64,000 nt of DNA from Ranitomeya imitator (taxonomy: Eukaryota): the NCBI RefSeq assembly GCF_032444005.1, contig NC_091289.1, positions 57,722,001-57,786,000 of the forward strand, read 5' to 3'. Below the pieces are notes generated by a model. It had not been told where the DNA came from, did no database searches, and saw nothing but the letters and a program-made list of their open reading frames with translations. Numbering within the stretch: the first letter of the stretch is position 1; the number at the start of each line of letters is the position of its first letter. A program made the position numbers and the translations under genes. Shown here piece after piece: positions 60,315 through 64,000 of the stretch.

Positions 60315-63300
60315 AAAATAGGGATTTTTGTGTACTCACCGTAAAATCCTTTTCTCCGAGCCATTCATTGGGGGACACAGACCGTGGGTGTATGCTGCTG
60401 CCAATAGGAGGCTGACACTAAGTGATACAAAAAAAAGTTAGCTCCTCCCCTGCAGTATACACCCTCCTGCTGGCTCTCAGCTAACCAGTTCGGTGCAAAA
60501 GCAGTAGCAGATCAATAACAATATATGAGCGTATAGCATGTCATATTCTAAAAAAACAAGCATAAGCTAATAACAGGGTGGGAGCTGTGTCCCCCAATGA
60601 ATGGCTCGGAGAAAAGGATTTTACGGTGAGTAGACAAAAATCCCTATTTCTCCTTCGCCTCATTGGGGGACACAGATCGTGGGACGTCCCAAAGCAGTCC
60701 CTGGGTGGGGACAACAATAGATCAGGCCCTGTGTAACCGCTACTTACAAGTGCGCCACCGCGGCCTGCAGAGTCCGCCTGCCCAGACTCACATCTGTGGA
60801 AGTGTGGGAATTATAGTGCTTCAAGAATGCATGCGGACTGGACAAAGCCGCAAGCTTGCAGGCGTGCCTTGCTGACGCCTGGTGCTTAGAACCCTTGATA
60901 GACAGGGAGATAGGCTGACATCTAGCACGGAAGGACTCCTGGATGGTGAAAAGAATTCACCATGTTATCATGGTCGATGAAACGGCTAAACCCTTCCTGA
61001 AAATGACAGGAAGCCTTCCTCTACCGTCAGGAAGCCCAAATAAAATGTCCAACCTTCAGAAGGACGCTGTCCTCAAGACGTACCTACTCAGAGCACTCAC
61101 TTCGTCCAGAATATGGGGGATCTTATTCCATTTTGTGGACTGGAGCCAAAAGAGATGAGGGAAGAACTATGCCCTCATAACAGTGGTAATACAGTACCAC
61201 CTTGGTAACAAGGGATGGAGATGGCCTGAGGACAACCTTGCCTCGAAGGTAATAAGGGAAAAAAGTCTGAAAGAGCAGAGAAGCTAGCTCTGAAGACTCG
61301 TCAGAGTGAGAATATCGCAGAGGAGAACGGGACGACTTTCCCTGATAGTAAAGTCTGCCCGGACAACAAAGGAGCCTACTGTAAGGCTCCTAGGAATAAT
61401 AAGGTCCCAATGATCTAACGGTATGCGATAGGGAAGAACTACGTGTGAAAACTCCCTGTGAGGAAGTCCCTACTTGCAGTTGTGCTGCGATAAGGCGAGA
61501 AGATACTAGCTCCGCAAACAAAAAAAAAAAAAACGGACGTGGTCAGTGCGGATCTCTGAGGATCACTGGGGCCCCTTTCTGCTTCCGAAAGGCTTTCGGA
61601 AGCAGTGGAAGGGGAGTTATGGAAACTGGTACCACGGCAGAACCAGAGCATGGAGAGCGATGGCTCTTGGATCTCGAGGCCGAACCACGAACTCGAGTAC
61701 ATTGGCCTTCAGTCTGGATGTCATCCCACCTACAACTGGAGAGCTCCAGTAAGGACAGATCTGATGGAAGACTTCGGGGTGAAGTTCCCACTGACTTGAG
61801 GCGGAACCCTGACGGCTGAATTTGTTTGCCGTTCAGAGTTCTACTTCTGGGATATATACTGCCGAGATCACCGAATAATAGACTTCGGCCCATCAGAGAA
61901 AGTGAGGTACCTCGGTCATGGCGCCTGATCGTGGGTACCTGCTAGATGACTGACGTAAGGCACCGCCGTGGCATTATCCAATTGAATTCGGATAGGGTGA
62001 CCCGCCAGAAGGCAGTGGACCTGATGAAAGACTACCGTTCGGATCTCCAGAACAATGATGGGGAGAAGAAGACTGGCATTGGTAGTTACTAATAACCATT
62101 GAACCGGGAGAAAGGCCCTGGATAAAGAAGGAGCTCAGAGACTATTGTCTGAAAGTCTATTTGACTTGCTGAAAACGAGCGGAGCGAAGGAAACCGTTTC
62201 CATTGTCGTCACCATTTTTGCTCAGAACTCTCTTAGCAAATCGAATGAAATGAGGGGAGAGTAATCAAGTCCTCAGAACTCTCCTTGCGCGAGCTCCCTG
62301 TTGAAGGGCCATGACCTTGTCTCGAGGAAGAATTACCATCCTTCTAGAAGTGTGCAGGATCATCCTCAAAAAGGATATCTGCTGGGCTGGAAATGAGGAG
62401 AACTTGTCTAAGTGTAGCTGCCAGCCCAGGAGAGAAGGTATCGCAAGTGATATAGACGACTCAGCGTAGTCCTGGAAGGGCGGCTAGACAGACCAAACAG
62501 GGTAGGACGAGCACGCCTCTAGAGTGCAAGAGAAACATGACATCCGCCATGACCCGAGCTAACACTCTGGGTGCGGAAGCAAGGCCAAAGGACAAGGTTG
62601 TGACATGAAAATGCTGTTGACGAATGGAAAGGCGAAGGAATTTTTGCAGAGGGCAAGCAACCCGAATGTCGATGGATGCCGGAAACTGCACCTTTTTCTG
62701 TTGAAGTAATGGCTGAGCGGAGGAACTCCATCCAAAGAAGGAGGACCATGTCAAAGGTTGTTAGAAGTTTGAGGTCCAGAGTCGATCTTACTTTCCGTTC
62801 CCCTGTTTGGAACCAAGATCCCTTAGATCTAGACTGTGCTGGACAATCCTTATACAATCCTTTGTCAGTCTCCCGCTCAAAGGATTTGATTGGCCAGTTG
62901 TTGCTGGTGTGAATCAAGGTAGTTAAGGTCTCCAGCCAGGAGACCATTGCTCTAGCAATCCATGCGGCCGCTAGGGAGGATAGAGCGCTGGACTCGAAGC
63001 CGCAAGACGGAACGAACCAGCTTTGCTATCTGACAGTCCGTGGTATTTTTAATTGATGACCCATCAGGTAGGGATACTGGTAGGAATACCACAGGAGATT
63101 CTACCCGGTTAATCTGCCCCATGGCAGAATGTGCGGCTGCATCCAGCAGGTCATAGTCTCTTGCCATCTTCTCTTTTCACGGTGCAGAGATAAAAATTAG
63201 GAACCCTCGATCCATCAACCTCTTAACAGGGAAGTGGAGAGGAATTGTCCGCCTTCTTGCATCATCCACTAAATAGTGGTGATGCAGAGGGGGGAGCTCG

Positions 63301-64000
63301 TACGCCAAAAAGGGTGCCTCTATATGTCCACAGAGTTCAGGTCTCCAGGTGGACAGGACAGGTTGTCTGGCGTTAGGCCTGGATGCAGAAGAGGAAACAT
63401 GGAGACGACACTCCGTGTGCTCGTCTGTTGATGGTGTGGGGAGATCGGTGCCCTTTAAAGGACCCGTCGCCCTTAAAAAACAGGCCAGGCATGGCATCCC
63501 ACGTAGAGGCTTCTGTCCAGTGAATCGCTTATCCGAATTGAATGCAAATGCTCTCGAGGGAGTTTAGTCTCTGAAGCTCTGGCAAGCTCAGGCAATATCC
63601 AATCCATATTCAGAGCCTTGTTGTCATCAAATCATTGGTGAGGGAGCAGGAAACGAAAAACTTCCGTTTTCTAGATGCCTGTATGTTTCTAGACGCCTGC
63701 ACGTTTCTAGAATACTTGCGGCCCCTGCTAGCCGATGGCTCCCATGTAGGATAGGGACCATGTATATTGGTCCTGCGAGCACTCCAAACACAGAGGGTAC
63801 ACAGAGGGATTCAATCTCTTGGTCAGAGAACCATGGATTGGTCAGTGAAGAAGTCCACTGAGGGGAACTAGAGGATAAAGCTAAGGTCGGCGGCGGAGGG
63901 CTCCTCGGACTGATCAAGCGCCTTTAAGACCAGGAAATATTGGTCATACGCCTTTAAGACCAGGGAATAATGGTCATGCGCCTTTAAAACGAGGAAATAC
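60315..64000 (-). mobile_element. Degraded DIRS1 retrotransposon (DIRS-C), diverged subfamily, runs off the window
   Basis: 3' ITR 60364-60460, ICR 60587-60685, RT relic (TLSFGLASAPRV, STLDLKLL) and gag relic. Confidence 0.88.

Overview
Vertebrate genomic DNA, very probably an anuran frog (inferred from the repeat repertoire). The only host gene I can identify is triobp on the minus strand: six C-terminal coding exons (58261 to 36270) plus a 3' UTR exon, with one GC-AG intron. Almost everything else is layered transposon DNA. It includes a 3997-bp tandem segmental array at the window start and a TTAA/piggyBac-type non-autonomous element (6255-18242) that hosts a 5'-truncated L1 and a full-length L1, the latter itself hit by a Harbinger MITE and a CR1-type tail. 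There are also Tc1 elements and remnants, many T2/Kolobok and Harbinger hairpin MITEs, and a 34-bp hairpin minisatellite. Three DIRS1 tyrosine-recombinase retrotransposons plus one relic lie in triobp introns, all in the sense of the gene. I found no convincing new protein-coding system. The most notable signals are architectural: DIRS terminal repeats forming near-perfect inverted pairs around triobp exons (one with a weak GC donor), two Tc1 3' ends bracketing 7.3 kb with a fold-back at the break, the tandem array, and telomere-like arrays carried inside MITEs. All alignments were done by eye; no database searches were run.
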